This document shows, piece after piece, positions 51,120-64,000 of a stretch of DNA of 64,000 nucleotides (its first letter is position 1; the number at the start of each line of letters is the position of its first letter). Position numbers and translations under genes: made by a program. Source of the DNA: Paraphysomonas bandaiensis (Eukaryota > Protista > Chrysophyceae); assembly GCA_965644295.1 (NCBI GenBank), contig CBFFRP010000352.1, forward strand, positions 1 through 64,000, written 5' to 3'. A model generated the notes under the pieces. That model was not told where the DNA came from. It saw nothing but the letters and a program-made list of their open reading frames with translations, and ran no database searches.

Positions 51120-53793
51120 TCATAAATTACTAGAGCGCTCATCATCTTCAATACATTCAACTGCAAGTCGAACGATTTCACTCAATAAAACACGACATTG
51201 ATCATCAGGTTCATGTGGAAGGATCCCCACGGCCCAATTCACAGTTTCAGAAAAAAGTGGTGTCAAAGCTAAGCTATTAGGGCCTCCCATATCAATGCTA
51301 CAGATATTCATTGCGTACTCCAAAGTTCCATATACTCCTCCAGATGCCAAGTCTACTTGCCTTCTGTTTAGTTGATGAGAGGTGTTCAGGTGACAAAGAG
51401 CTTCAATACAATCATATAAGGCTACCACAGAAGCCCGTCGAAGTTGAAGGTAAGGAGACTCCCGCAGTTGAAACGCGATCGGTATTAGACTTTCCACCAG
51501 TTTTCTGCGCAACAATGCATTATTATGTAACATGGTGACTGCAGCAGTAGTGTTTACCTTTGTACTGGTGTGTTCACTGAGCATCTAGTGAAATCTCCTA
51601 GGGTCATAAGTGCCTGCGAGGGTAAAAGAACATGTAACCCCGGATCAGGAAGTCCTATGCGTACTTTTCCTTCCTCAGTCTCTTTGGCCAGTGTTCCCAA
51701 TGATGATACGAGCAACTGCATAACAGGAAAGAAAAATGCCTCTGCAGAAATAGAAAAGTTGTTGCGAAAGTACCGCGTACGCTCCTTCATTTTTGCAAGT
51801 CGGACAGGACGCTTGACAATAGTTTTGCCGTTGTTGCTAACTGACGCAGTATTCTCAACAGAAAACTCTGTCGCGGTATGAGAGAGACTGCGTGTGCCAG
51901 GAGAAAGTCTATTATACTCTCGCTCCTTACTCAGTCCAGAGAGTTCATAGGCTGCGAGCACCATCGACGATAGTACTCCGACTCTCGACCCCATAGAAAG
52001 TGTGTCTGACCCAACAGCCCATGCTAATATAGAAGAGCACTCTTTCGGATAGCCACATATTAATGACCCAAGTGCAGCATTGCGTAACTCATCAAATTTC
52101 TGCAAGGTGATGCACACACTCATCATCAAATACATATACTTGGCACCAATATACCTCCATATTAAAGCTATTAGCAAGGCGTATTAGCTCCCGAACAAGT
52201 GGTGCGGCATTGTCCTTTCCGTCGGCTGGACGCTTTGCAACAATTAAGGGTATACTGACCTATACATTCCGGTTAGTAAAAGAGATTACACTGTAACAAC
52301 AACTGGTGAATATGTATTGCCAACCAGCACTCGAAAGTCAGATACATGACATTAACATACCAGAGCAGACTGAGTTTTCTCATATGTTCCATTCGGATTA
52401 GAGCTGTCCGTATACTGAAGAACTATAGGAAAATAAGTAGGGAACAGAGTCTAAAAAATGACAACTTACGGGACAAGCACTCTCGGAGGTACTGCGTTGT
52501 TTTGACTTTCTCCCCATCAACAATTGTGTCATTCTTCTCTACTGGTTTCCCATCTACCTCATCCAGGTAATACGCCTCTAATTCATCGTCACTAGATGAT
52601 GTATAGTCATGATTCAGCTCGTTGGATGCAATGAATGTATGGTCAGCATTTGACAACTGGTTCGCGCTCACATTGGTTCGTTTCAATCGCAGATTTCCGT
52701 CTTCGTCTTCCTCATACTCGGCGAGCTCGTCAAAACGAACTTTGTGTTCACTAGCCCCATCTGCACTCGCACTTATAGACAACGCATCGGAGAGAGCTTC
52801 AGCAACTCTCATACCATGCAGGCGGGAAAATTTGTCCGCAGAGTCCAGGTGTATTGACACACCTCGCGATAAAACTGTCAGGACGCTCTGCTGATGACCC
52901 CCTTCATGTGAGTCATCATGAGAGGGTGATGTCAATACGTCAGAGCCGCCAATATTTTTGATGATCTCCAGAAGGGCAGTGGTGAGGCAACTCTCCATTG
53001 CTGCATCACCTTTAGAAACGAAAGCCACCTCGCCCCACACAGCCCCAACACGACAGGCTACGTCCATTCGGCTCTCTTTTGGACAGCACCTAATAACTAG
53101 CTTCACCATACGACAAGTAGAAGGACGGTAGAGCAAGAGTTTACATACAAGTTGAGCTGGCATTGCGCCCGATAGTGAGAGGGTATGGCCTAATAGCTCT
53201 TGCACACATTCGTAAACAGTATCCACTGGAACAGTTGACGATTCACTAAAACAAAGAGGAACTCGATACAGCAACAATAAGAATTCAAATGCAGATGATT
53301 CTGAGAGACAAGAAATGAAGAGATCTCTGTTGATTTTATCAGTGCTATAACACATGGAGTACGTGACAGATCTCTTGGCCTCAGTCCCCAACACATCAAC
53401 TATGGATCCCAAACTACAAAGCTGGAAACGCTTCAGTTTCATCACAGCTTGTACAAGAGAATCTCCCACAAGCTTCAGAAACGGGGCATGCTGAAGGCAT
53501 TGTGGAAGGTCCTCATGCGGTAAATCAAAGAGTTTTGAGATTGCTCGATGCGCTCTGAATATGCTGTGCACGATACTGACTGCACGTGACTGGCTGGTCG
53601 AATACATGTCAATCACATCCACCCACAGGGCAGTAATGAACTCATTGCAGATAAGCGATACTGCGACATCTCTGACGTCAACTGCTCTACTAGATTCCTG
53701 TACAGATAAGCCGCTTTCGTTGACAACATCTGCCATAACTTTTTCCCACTGAGCACATTGTGTGTGTTCACCGGTACCCGAACACTCAGTCAT
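51120..53793 (-). CDS. TELO2: Telomere length regulation protein Tel2 (TTT complex), multi-exon
   Basis: VWG..F, GVSIHLDSADKFSRLHGMRVAEALS, acidic SSSDDELEAYYL, QYLRECL, FDELRNAALGSL, FRNNFSISAEAFFFP, LRRASVVAL, EPDDQCR. Confidence 0.85.
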
Positions 53794-53917
53794 GGTCTGG
53801 GATAGAGAATTGCCTCAGCGATTAAATATGAGTGTCGCTAAATAGTTATGACGCACATACTGCGATCAGCTCTTTGGTTTCTTTTTAAGAAGTGTGAGTT
53901 ATGAAATTCAAGATGAT

Positions 53918-54340
53918 ACGTACATACATACATACATACATACATACATACATACATACATACATACATACATACATACATACATACATACATACATACA
54001 TACATACATACATACATACATACATACATACATACATACATACATACATACATACATACATACATACATACATACATACATACATACATACATACATACA
54101 TACATACATACATACATACATACATACATACATACATACATACATACATACATACATACATACATACATACATACATACATACATACATACATACATACA
54201 TACATACATACGTACATACATACATATATACATACATACATACATACATACATACATACATACATACATACATACATACATACATACATACATACATACA
54301 TACATACATACATACATACATACATACATACATACATACA

Positions 54341-54370
<30 letters not shown>
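53918..54370. repeat. (TACA)n microsatellite, about 450 bp
   Basis: Near-perfect tetranucleotide array about 125 bp upstream of the TELO2 ATG. Confidence 0.99.
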
Positions 54371-54371
<1 letters not shown>

Positions 54372-55383
54372 GTACAGCATTCTCTTAGTATGTCGTATGT
54401 ATATCATCAGGCAGTGGAGTATTACGGTATTCTATGGTATACCGGTATACCTATCCGGTCGAAAGTATGGTGCAAATCTACTAGAAGGCAGATATACGGC
54501 CTATTAAAATATGTTCTGCACACCGGACTAGGTCTTACTATACTCAATGCAATCATTAATTCTCGTTGGTTGTGTGCACTACATGCAGTTGTGGTACTGT
54601 TAAAGTTGTACAACATGCAAATGAGCCATGTATCAGTGCATCAAAATGGTGACGGCAGAAGAAAACATCTGCACCAGTAATGGTGCCCAGTTCCCATTCG
54701 GCTGGTAGTGTCGTGAGTATATTAGTGGAGATATTATTCTGGCATTACATTCTCTACTAACTGAAAAAAGCCGATTCAGAGAGTACACCGTGATCGCCAA
54801 CTGCCGAATGTCTGACTATGAGATTTCAAATACGTGGTGCGATGTTAAAAGCGCTATTCAATTGAAGGAGAGATTAAGTGGTATTTGATTGTACTTTGTC
54901 AGCATATTCTTGATGTGTGCTACAAAAGAAATGTGATGAATCACAACACTAATGCAAGCGATATGTCGCTATTTTGATATCATTGCTCGCCTGGATGCTA
55001 TTAACTACTAAGTGTGCTGCGACAAATAAAAATTTTTTTTGACATGTGATAAAACAGTCTGAAATTATACATATGAATAGTGAATATTTTTCCATTCCAT
55101 GCTATAACACATAAGCAACATGACAAATATCTAAAATTAGGAGAAGCTCCCTGGTCACGCTTTCTTTTCGTAAGAATCGTATGTGCCAAAGTTAGATTAC
55201 CTTTGGTTGTCATACTGGTTTCTATAAAAATATCACACAGAGTGTAACGCATAGAGTTACACGGCTCGAAAGTAAAATATACTTTTATTTAAACAAATAA
55301 GATTGTTAGCACTACTACCAGGGTACTGAAATGTCAAATATCATATTTCTTCTTCATAATACAAGTACCAACAGATATTTTAT

Positions 55384-58218
55384 CTAGTCTTGACACAGAT
55401 GTGACAGCAGCAACTCAATTTCTTTAACACTAGCCTTAATATGCTCAACACCCTTAATCGTAGTCGATGTATTACTACCATATTCTCCAAAACTGCAGTC
55501 ATCATCACTAGTGTCCCAGTCTGAAAACTCATCATCCGCGCCTTCAGATGAGTTTAGATCAATTACAGTCGACGACACAGTTTGAATATCGAGGTGACAA
55601 ACTGGCCTCAGATACATACACACATAGTCAGCGATTACACGCCATCTGTCGAACATACTAGATTCTCTCGGCACAATACGGCCTATATATAAACATATAT
55701 CAGAAACGATACCACACGAAAAACATGCCGATTCTTTGCACAAGGCCTCCGCCTGAACCACGGCAGAAAGTGAGTCTTTTGACGAGGTAAAGACGAGTTC
55801 TAACACCAATAGTAAAGCATCTGCAAAAGTGAGCTGTACATCATCGGTCCTTGTAGTCAATATCAGAGCATCACTCAAATGGTCCTCAGCCAGCACCACT
55901 AGGCAGAGGTGCACACACTGCATCAGTGCCCGCCATAAGTTGTGGGCGCATGGAACTTGTTCAAGCCAGATGGCACACAGCAGACTCGCAAGTAATACTC
56001 CTACACTCCCATTCTTGCCTGATGGCACCTCAGCGAGAAGACTGTTTACGAGTTGCGGCATCAATATTAAGTGGGATTCACGGACTACTCTCATCAGTCC
56101 GTGGCTGCTGATGTGACCGGAATGACTGTGACAAAATCGTCTCTCTCTTGGAGGAGAACATGCAGCAGATACGGAACCTCTTCTCCAATAGGAATTATCA
56201 GATGTGGGGTCACTTACACTTCCCAGAAGAATAATATCCTTGTCATCAAAATTTGCATCAATAAGCGAACACAAGGCCCCAGTAGAGGCATATGATTGTC
56301 CCAACAGTGCGATCAAAATCTGCTTGTGCTCCGACTTTATGCTATCCATATCTTGAGCCTGGGCGAGAACAAGGCAGTGCAGCCAGAGAAACGAAAATGA
56401 AGTATCGTTCTCAGTCGACATTCCATCCGAATTACAAGCCAAAGCACAGCGCAGGACATTTAGCAGCGCCACAGTTTCAATGAGATCCGAGCTAAGGAAA
56501 CGGTGACGTGTGATTATATGAATAGCCCACCCTCGTACAAGAGGTATCAACTCATGGGTGTGTCGAAACCAAGCGGTAGTTATATTCTGTAATACAGTTG
56601 CCCCCTTTTCCCCTGTAGAAACGGTGTTCAGGAGCGCTGTATAAAAAGAACGCTGTCTGTCGGCCTCTGTTAAACGCCGATGAACGTGTGAGGCCCAGTG
56701 GATGTACTGCTGCCGGAAATCTGCGTACAAATCCAGCGCATCTCCATCACCTGGAATAAGATATCGTACCATTTCAGTTTTCAATAAAGCTGGATTTCGA
56801 ATGTTGATAGCCTCAACTATTAGATGTACACACTTCAAAAGCTCTACTGTCCACGCCAGATACACCAAAACAGAGGGTATGTCTGCACTACCAGACCCAA
56901 CCTCCGTCCCCCCTATTACCTGTGGCAGGGTTACTAGGGAAAGGAGTGGCCGGGGCACCAAAGAAAATGGGGTGGGGCAAGAGTGGTGCAACACAGTGGC
57001 TCTGGCAAGAGAAGGGAGAAGCTGAGAACAGAGTCGGCGGACTTCAAATGCGTGATGGGTCATGAGGCCGAGAAGATTGAGACAAAGGGGCTCTATTAAA
57101 CGCAGAAAGAGTCGCAAAAGGTCATCCGACGGAACTGCATTTTCTACAGGAATTGGAGGCAATAGAGTGTCCGAAAACATAGCAGGCAGAGGGAGCTGCT
57201 CAGCAGTGGTGGGTAGTGCACTGGAACTGAGCGCTGCCATGTACATATCCACTAGTCTGTTGAGCATTCCTTCTGCCACCAACAGATGTCCCTCAAGCAC
57301 AAACCAGTCATTCTCAATTAGGCGCCCAGGAGTACTTGGAGCCGACTCAGAATGCATGCTATAGAGCGCTCCGGCTACACGGTCAACAACAACAGCAGTC
57401 AATTGTAAAGCACCATCCCGGACGCAAGGCGAGCATGCATCCGGAAAGCGACAGGCCGCCATCGCTAAAGAGGCAGCACGTTGTCGAACAGTTGATGCAG
57501 GATGGCCCACACAGCGACGCAGAGTGTCAGCAAGCACACCCACGCTACTAATATTCGTGGTGTTATCAGCATCATCAGCATTTAGGACCAAGGAGAGAGA
57601 CCAAAAACACTCGGCATGTTCCAGGAAAGCATCTTCAATGCTTCCCAAAAGACCGTCCAGCTCGAGGGCATACCGCTCACTACCTTGCTCCACATCATCC
57701 CGAACGCACTCCTCTACACGCGCTAAGATAGAACTGTAGAAATGAGACCAGTCCTCCTCGCTGTCAGCGCATTCTGACATTAGGGCACGTAAACAGCTGC
57801 GAGATGCCTCTCGGACAGGTTGATTCTGATGTGACAGTGCACCGACACAGTGTCGTCGTATGTCACAACAGTAAGATGGTCTGGTCTTAGATATCACATT
57901 CACAAGTGCTTTCATTCCGAGTATATTACCATGCGTAATTTGCCAGTTTGAATCCGAGTCAGTATTTAAAAACTCATCGAGAAGACTGATAACACATTCT
58001 TCCGACAGATGTACAGATGCTTTATGCAACAATTTTGATGAATCTTTACGTATTTCTGACCACTTATCATGCAGAGACTCCAATATCATAGTGGTGATAG
58101 TTGCTCCTACATTATCGGCACTCGAGTCTGTAATGATTGTCCCGTAAAAGGCCCTGAAACTCTCTCGTCGTGATACATCAATACCTCCGTCATTATTGTC
58201 CTCTTGTTTCGGTTGCAT
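55384..58218 (-). CDS. Large HEAT/ARM-repeat-like protein (~944 aa), intronless
   Basis: 2.8-kb open frame with HEAT-like motifs (LHDKWSEIRKDS, SNWQITHG, LSHQNQPVREAS, HPASTVRQRAA, HHAFEVRR) and an acidic DDEFSDWDTSDDD tail. Confidence 0.75.
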   Translation of the reverse strand: MQPKQEDNNDGGIDVSRRESFRAFYGTIITDSSADNVGATITTMILESLHDKWSEIRKDSSKLLHKASVHLSEECVISLLDEFLNTDSDSNWQITHGNILGMKALVNVISKTRPSYCCDIRRHCVGALSHQNQPVREASRSCLRALMSECADSEEDWSHFYSSILARVEECVRDDVEQGSERYALELDGLLGSIEDAFLEHAECFWSLSLVLNADDADNTTNISSVGVLADTLRRCVGHPASTVRQRAASLAMAACRFPDACSPCVRDGALQLTAVVVDRVAGALYSMHSESAPSTPGRLIENDWFVLEGHLLVAEGMLNRLVDMYMAALSSSALPTTAEQLPLPAMFSDTLLPPIPVENAVPSDDLLRLFLRLIEPLCLNLLGLMTHHAFEVRRLCSQLLPSLARATVLHHSCPTPFSLVPRPLLSLVTLPQVIGGTEVGSGSADIPSVLVYLAWTVELLKCVHLIVEAINIRNPALLKTEMVRYLIPGDGDALDLYADFRQQYIHWASHVHRRLTEADRQRSFYTALLNTVSTGEKGATVLQNITTAWFRHTHELIPLVRGWAIHIITRHRFLSSDLIETVALLNVLRCALACNSDGMSTENDTSFSFLWLHCLVLAQAQDMDSIKSEHKQILIALLGQSYASTGALCSLIDANFDDKDIILLGSVSDPTSDNSYWRRGSVSAACSPPRERRFCHSHSGHISSHGLMRVVRESHLILMPQLVNSLLAEVPSGKNGSVGVLLASLLCAIWLEQVPCAHNLWRALMQCVHLCLVVLAEDHLSDALILTTRTDDVQLTFADALLLVLELVFTSSKDSLSAVVQAEALCKESACFSCGIVSDICLYIGRIVPRESSMFDRWRVIADYVCMYLRPVCHLDIQTVSSTVIDLNSSEGADDEFSDWDTSDDDCSFGEYGSNTSTTIKGVEHIKASVKEIELLLSHLCQD

Positions 58219-58920
58219 CGTTACTGAGGCCGATTTATCCAACCAAACTATTGATCATGGCAGGCCGTATAGGAACAACAGAGAAAGACGCTGCTTTTAG
58301 TGTTTAGTAATCAAATCAAGACTGAAGAGGTTTATTAATAGCAGTAACACACGACTACGATGATAATGACTCACAAGGAGGAGGAGGAGGAGGAGGGTAT
58401 AGTACAGTGTAGTTCTACGAGCTTACCAACACACGAATACCAATTCGATGACCATGAACATGAACTTACTTCACTTCTGTCCGTGACTTTTCAAAAAATA
58501 TAATATGAGCTGCTGTTCATACAGAGGATCCGTACGACTCTGTGTATAGGAACACATTGGGCTTTTTTTTGAACTGGTTTCGAGTGTTTCTGACTCTGAA
58601 AACCCACTAGAGTGTGCTATTGGAAACCCCTGTTTTTGTTGGATTGTACTGTTCGTATATTATACTGTATTCCGTATATTGGTATTCGACCTGTCGGTAT
58701 GTGTGTACAGTGTACAGAGTGTACTGCTGCCGTATGATTGGATGGAAGTACGCAGGTCACTGAGATACGACTGACGTCCCTTTATCGTACTCTACTTGGA
58801 GATTGCAGTGAATCTGCCTCACTCGAACGACAGCACCCATCATACTGAGCTGACATATATGCGCATGTCTTCACTATGGTTCATTGTTATAAAGATAGAG
58901 GAGTATAACTTCACACACAT

Positions 58921-59381
58921 ATGTTCAGACCAAGCAGCGTATTCGATCAGCCGACTGCTCCATCTCTAGAGGGGTGTTTACATAAACTAAAGCACAAGAG
59001 GTCTGTATTCGGATCATGGACGAAACGCTATTTCATTGTCAATCAAGACCGTGGGCGTATCGAGTACTACCGCATCAAGCCACAAACATTAGCAAAAGGC
59101 GTTAAACCTGTGCGCTCTATCGATTTGTCAGATGTGAAGAGCGTTTGCAAGTTTGAAGGGAATACTTTTCAGGTTTTGAGACACACATCAAATCGTTTGT
59201 TATAATCGTCGATTAGATTGCCGCAGGAGATTATGTCCTATTCTTGAAAGCTGATAGCGCGGCTGAACACGCATATTGGGTACAAGGTCTCCGAAAACTC
59301 CTTGAACAGTGCGCAAACAATGACTCAATATCAACTACATGTGACACAAGCTCGTCACAATCCGAGCTCAGCTGTGGATAG
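58921..59381 (+). CDS. Small stand-alone PH-domain protein (2 exons)
   Basis: EGCLHKLKHKRSVFGSWTKRYF, intron 59174-59216, exon 2 LFLKADSAAEHAYWVQGLR. Stop TAG at 59379-59381. Confidence 0.85.
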
Positions 59382-59691
59382 CATCACCGTTGTACAATTT
59401 TTTGTTTTTCTGTTTCTTTACCTTTCTTTATCGTTTTCTTGTTGTTTGTTGTGTGTTACGGGAACTTCCAAATAGGTTGTAGTCCTGCCTTGATGTTGGA
59501 ACTATATAGAATAAATCTTATTAAATGCAACTATTAGTTTGTTAAACCTAATCTTCTCTTGTAGCTAAGACCATTACATTGGCTTCTGTGTAGCTCTTTC
59601 ATTTCAATATCTCCGCGTTGATCCACTTAGGGTTGGGTAACAGTCTCTTAAATCAAGTTAACTTGAAATAGACCACATTACGGTATAGTAA

Positions 59692-60742
59692 TATATTTAA
59701 CCACGGGAAAAAAAGGAGGCTTATATCGTCCTGCGTTCAAAATTTTGTAACCAGGGAAAAATCTAGACAAAGGACGATACTCCTTATCCCTAGTAGGTAA
59801 AATTGTAGCTTATCCTCATGATTTGAAAACTTAATATTAGACTGTATAGTTGTTACTAGGTCTTGGTGCTGGCGGCGACACACAAGCAGCCTCCGTAGCG
59901 ATAAGTGTAGTAGGATACTAGGATTAAATGCTAGGCAGACCTCTGTTTAGTTTCAATTTATATTCGTTATAATACTTCCATGTCTAGTGCTAAATAATCA
60001 GACATTATTATAATATTATATTAGTAGCTTGCTTGCTGTAAGAAAAAATGAGAACTCATATTGTTTCATATCATTGATACGAATACTGTGTATGCTTAGG
60101 GAATAGCAATTGCACTCCGTAGATCAACTCTAAACAATAAACCCCAAATTTTTATATACAATAGCTACAACAAATGTACTCCTACCACAGAAGGATAGGG
60201 CATAGCAACTGCGAAGGGCTGAAATTCGTACATAAGTGTGTGAACAGTTGTAGTCACACGAGAGGCTTCTTATAGCCTTACTTTTAGAATCATCACATTT
60301 ATATAGACAATATGCTTAACCTGTGCACCTGATTGAATGATGTGTGTATGATATGAGGCACACAGTATCCTGATAAGCATGTGACCCAAACCCTGAAAGA
60401 ACTAGATGCCACTGCCCTTAACCACCTTAACAGCATCAGATACGGCACTTAAACTCTCCTGTAGTATTCTTGAAGTTGTTTCAAAGTTAATGTTTTGATG
60501 ATAAATCGCTTGCACTGACATGATTATAATCTTCTGTAGTTGGTTCATCACTGCGGTTTCTCTATGATAGTGTACTGTAATTAATTCATATATATATGAC
60601 TCTCAAAGTCATAATTAGATAGAAGTGAGTTTCTGTTGACTGTTGAACCGAATATTGAAATCGAATGTCTATATTTGCCCAGTGCTGATATGAGCGCTCT
60701 GTAAAGCCTAATTCAGGTCAAAAACAGCATTCTTGAGACTAA
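59692..60742 (-). mobile_element. Dispersed repeat family A, copy 3 (inverted)
   Basis: Reverse complement of the 14013-14837 blocks, including the terminal hairpin. Interrupted at about 59858-60020 by an insert that carries the 58-nt structured repeat. Confidence 0.85.
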
Positions 60743-61126
60743 TATCGACAGTAACTCCGAGTCTGAGAAAACTGCCCCAAGTAATTCAAGATACGAGAAA
60801 TATCATCAAGTGGTAATAGCAATCCCAAGCCTGGTTGTTCAAAAACTTATTGAGCCCGCAATGGTGGACATATACTCCATTAACAATATATATAGTGTTC
60901 CATCTAGACCAATGTTGAGTTATTAATGCACGTGCACCAACATTACACGTCTAAGTAGTAGGCTTGATACGAGAAGAAAAAGCTTCCCCTATGTAAGCAA
61001 TTTCAGAATGCGTGCACAATATATACAACTAGTTCTACGAAAAAAAATCAAACCAATTCAACATACTGCTATTTACTATTACGTTGCTCAATTATATTTT
61101 CGGTATCTGCTTATGAATAAATAGGC

Positions 61127-64000
61127 TTACGTGGCAACATTTCCTGTAAATGTTCCACCAGGAGGGCGGTAACACTTGGGGAGAAGTTGCTGCTGAAAAT
61201 TGTTGAACGCAAAACATGACTGACCAGTATTAGCGTAAACATTCATTCTTCGGACTCCGTGCTTCCTCATTACCCTGCAGACTTCATTTCCATTCATGAT
61301 ATTTGCGGAGTCAGTGAGAATTCGTGCTTGCTCCAACGTGACCGCCATAGATGTCCTATCTTTACCTACCGGGATATTAACTTAGTACTCTATGATTTTA
61401 GTACATACCGCTTTTGCATAGAATTCCTAACGACCCTCCTACAAGGCGCGATACAACTGCCGATTTCATAAGAACGCCAACGTATTTTTCACTGACATTG
61501 CGGGAGCTCTGCAAGAGAGTCTTGTCCAGTTCACACATTGCTCTGAAACGCCTTGTAAATAAAACAAGAGTATATTTACAAGTTGACCATACCTATCTAG
61601 CTCTAGTAGACGCTCCGTGACACCATCAATACTTCTCTGATCTTGCTTGATGCTTGGAGATGGATCAGGGTTTGACATCATATCAAAACTTGGAGCATGT
61701 GAATAGAATGTAGCCTATTTAAAGGTCAGCACATGTTTCCACAAAGTACACGCGAATACCAAATTTTTTGTTTTTCGATCTATTTGAGTCTGGAATATAG
61801 CACGTTTCTTCGCAACGTAATCAGATAATCGATTAAAGGATGCCAAGTTAATCTACAAATGTACTTGAGTCAATAGGACTTAACAAATGACACAGAGATG
61901 GCTACCTCCACTTGTTTTGCGGCCTCTCCGCCAGAGACGTTGGCAAGGGTTTGCATTTCATTTACACCTTGTGTAAATAATACACCGGTTAAACCAAACT
62001 CCGCGATCACCTGTAAAACACAGACTATCAGAACAAGCGTGGCACATAAAATGAACACCTACTTTCGACTTCTGCGCCTCTGGTGCAGAAATTTTGCTGT
62101 TATTATAATCATTGGTATCTGTGTTCAGGACGACACCCTCAACATCAATCGTTGAAGATTCTCCCGCTACGTGAGTGTTCTCTACAACATACATGATATA
62201 AGCTCCCGGTAAGTAACTTTCTACAAACCTGTAGAAGAACCTTGCGTCCATCCCCGCGCTGTTTCAAGACATCTCTCGACAACAGAAATCTCATCTGAAT
62301 TCAATTCCAAATCCAAAATTATTCCTTTTGTCGTCTGCATACAAAGTTTCGTCATGCTATCTGAAAAGAACAGAGAAAAACACTCACTTCATCTCGGGTG
62401 ATGCAAATGTCCTCGCACATTCCAGCCATGACTTCTACGCCGGCAGGACTTAACGTATAACGGGAAGTTACTCGCCTGCTCCTGAATATGTATATTATGA
62501 TGGTATGACAGAAGCTTAGTCAACCTCTTTCTCTGCCGTCTTTCCGTTTGTGCCTCACTGCTTCTAAATTTCTCTTGTTGTACAGATCGGACCAAACGAA
62601 TAGTGACAGTGGACAACCATAACACAGCAGTATCCATATCCTCAATCATACCCATTTCATGACCCTGGTAAAAAGACGCTAAATGGCAATATATCCAACG
62701 TGGTAACACACTGACCTGGGTAGATAGTAAGCTCTGGACAGACACCAGAAAATTGTTTAAAGCCAATGAACTCGTCAGCACATCAATTTGGTGTGTCACC
62801 CCTGTGTTTCACATAAATGGCGCAACCGTCCACATTCAAATTCGCACCCACCTTGAGCAGCCATAAAAATAATGGTCTTAATCAAAGTGGTTGCGAAGCA
62901 CAACACTTGTGAACAGCATGAGTCAATACGCATAGCCATCTTAAACGCTTTGTTGAACAGGGCAGTCAGGCCATCTGAATTCATTATACATTTAGTACGG
63001 ACTGGTGTCAATTGATAACCCCATACCAGCACTGTATGTGTCTATGGTACAGTCGAAGAGCTTTTGAGCCTGGGAGAGATTGTTTTTGACTTGATCTACA
63101 AAAGTATCTATCGCTATTCCGCCTGTCGATTGCAATACACTCATCCAAAACAACCTGTTCGCGAAGATTAATCAAACAAGATGACGAAGAAATTTACCTT
63201 TTTCTCTCGGAATTTCCTAATCCCTGCATGACGCGTCTTAGCCCTCCATCGTGAAACCCCATCGCGTGGGCACATGGGCATCCGAAAGTAATATGAAACG
63301 CAGTATCGATACCCTCAGGTGTGGGAAGAGAATTTTCTTCTTCAGCCGTATGGTTATTATCCCGGCTTTTCGATGACGACTTATGATTCCCTCTTGCTGA
63401 TATCTGCGGTAATGCAGATCCGTCCGAAGCAAAAGGAGAATGTGGATTGACAGAGTCGATGGTACTTAGCTACAAAACCAGTCACATCATTCCAAATATA
63501 CACTGTCATTGCATACATCTGTTAAATCTTTGTTCGACACTGTGCCCCAAGTCATTACATTCGTGTTGAGGTTAGTAGCACAGAATTGCCACACAGGACT
63601 TTTCTTCCAGACGCTACGTCGCAAAAATGTACCTCCAACGTCTGATACCAATAATCAGTGCAGAAAGTAACACACGTATTGAATGACCTTCCGGAATCAC
63701 ACTTCCTGGAAGCGGTTGCCCAGCCAAAATTCTTCCACAATGTTCGTAGCAGTCCTTGTAACTGCAAACAGCGCAATTAATACACGTTGTAGGGCACACA
63801 GGCATCACATACTTCTCAATCATTGCCTCTTCTATATCCTTCAAAGCGCTCTTGGTCTTCTGAAGTGCCTCCGCACGAGACACTGTGTCGATGGTATTGG
63901 AACCTGTACCCCACTCCATACTACCCCCTCCAGTAAGCATATCATCCAGTTCCTGGAGAGCGGTCTATCCCATGTATATGAGACAGTTTTACCCACGACA
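61127..64000 (-). CDS. INPP4: Inositol polyphosphate 4-phosphatase (INPP4A/B-like), 5' end outside window
   Basis: Spliced catalytic CX5R motif CKSG|KDRTSMAVTLEQARIL, VLFTQGVNEMQTLA, and C-terminus FAFNNFQQQLLPKCYRPPGGTFTGNVAT matching the INPP4 ending. Confidence 0.92.

Noticed and set aside
56702-57739. Antisense ORFs overlapping real genes (e.g. within the HEAT gene, COPB, kinesin, TELO2)
   Set aside because: Shadow ORFs expected opposite coding sequence; no independent motifs.
59900-59915. U2 snRNA-like AAGTGTAGTA
   Set aside because: Only a 10-nt match with no flanking U2 stem-loops or Sm site; it is a variant within the dispersed 58-nt repeat.

Overview
Gene-dense eukaryotic nuclear DNA, with short GT-AG introns (mostly about 40-110 nt) and housekeeping proteins of protist, probably stramenopile-like, character (lineage is inferred). 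About 17 recognisable genes: kinesin-14, LAT/APC amino-acid permease, proteasome beta-6, PUS7, NAK/AAK1-like kinase, histidine acid phosphatase, ascorbate peroxidase, glutathione peroxidase, DCAF4-like WD40, beta-COP, sulfotransferase, RPL17, pyroglutamyl peptidase I, MAP2K-like kinase, TELO2, a PH-domain protein and a 5'-truncated INPP4. There are also a large HEAT-like ORF and two orphan ORFs. The best-supported hidden feature is that the GPx is a selenoprotein missed by the ORF track: it has an in-frame TGA at the catalytic site (ENVASL-U-GTT, 28110-28112) and a SECIS-like hairpin in its 3' UTR (about 27429-27499). It is of the vertebrate GPx1/2-like long-loop type and lies tail-to-tail with a signal-peptide-bearing APX. 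Intergenic DNA holds an internally deleted pogo/Tigger transposon with perfect TIRs, several MITE-like elements, a hairpin-ended ~1 kb dispersed repeat family, retroelement debris, (TACA)n arrays and a recurrent ~58-nt GNRA-capped structured repeat (4-5 copies) of unknown nature.
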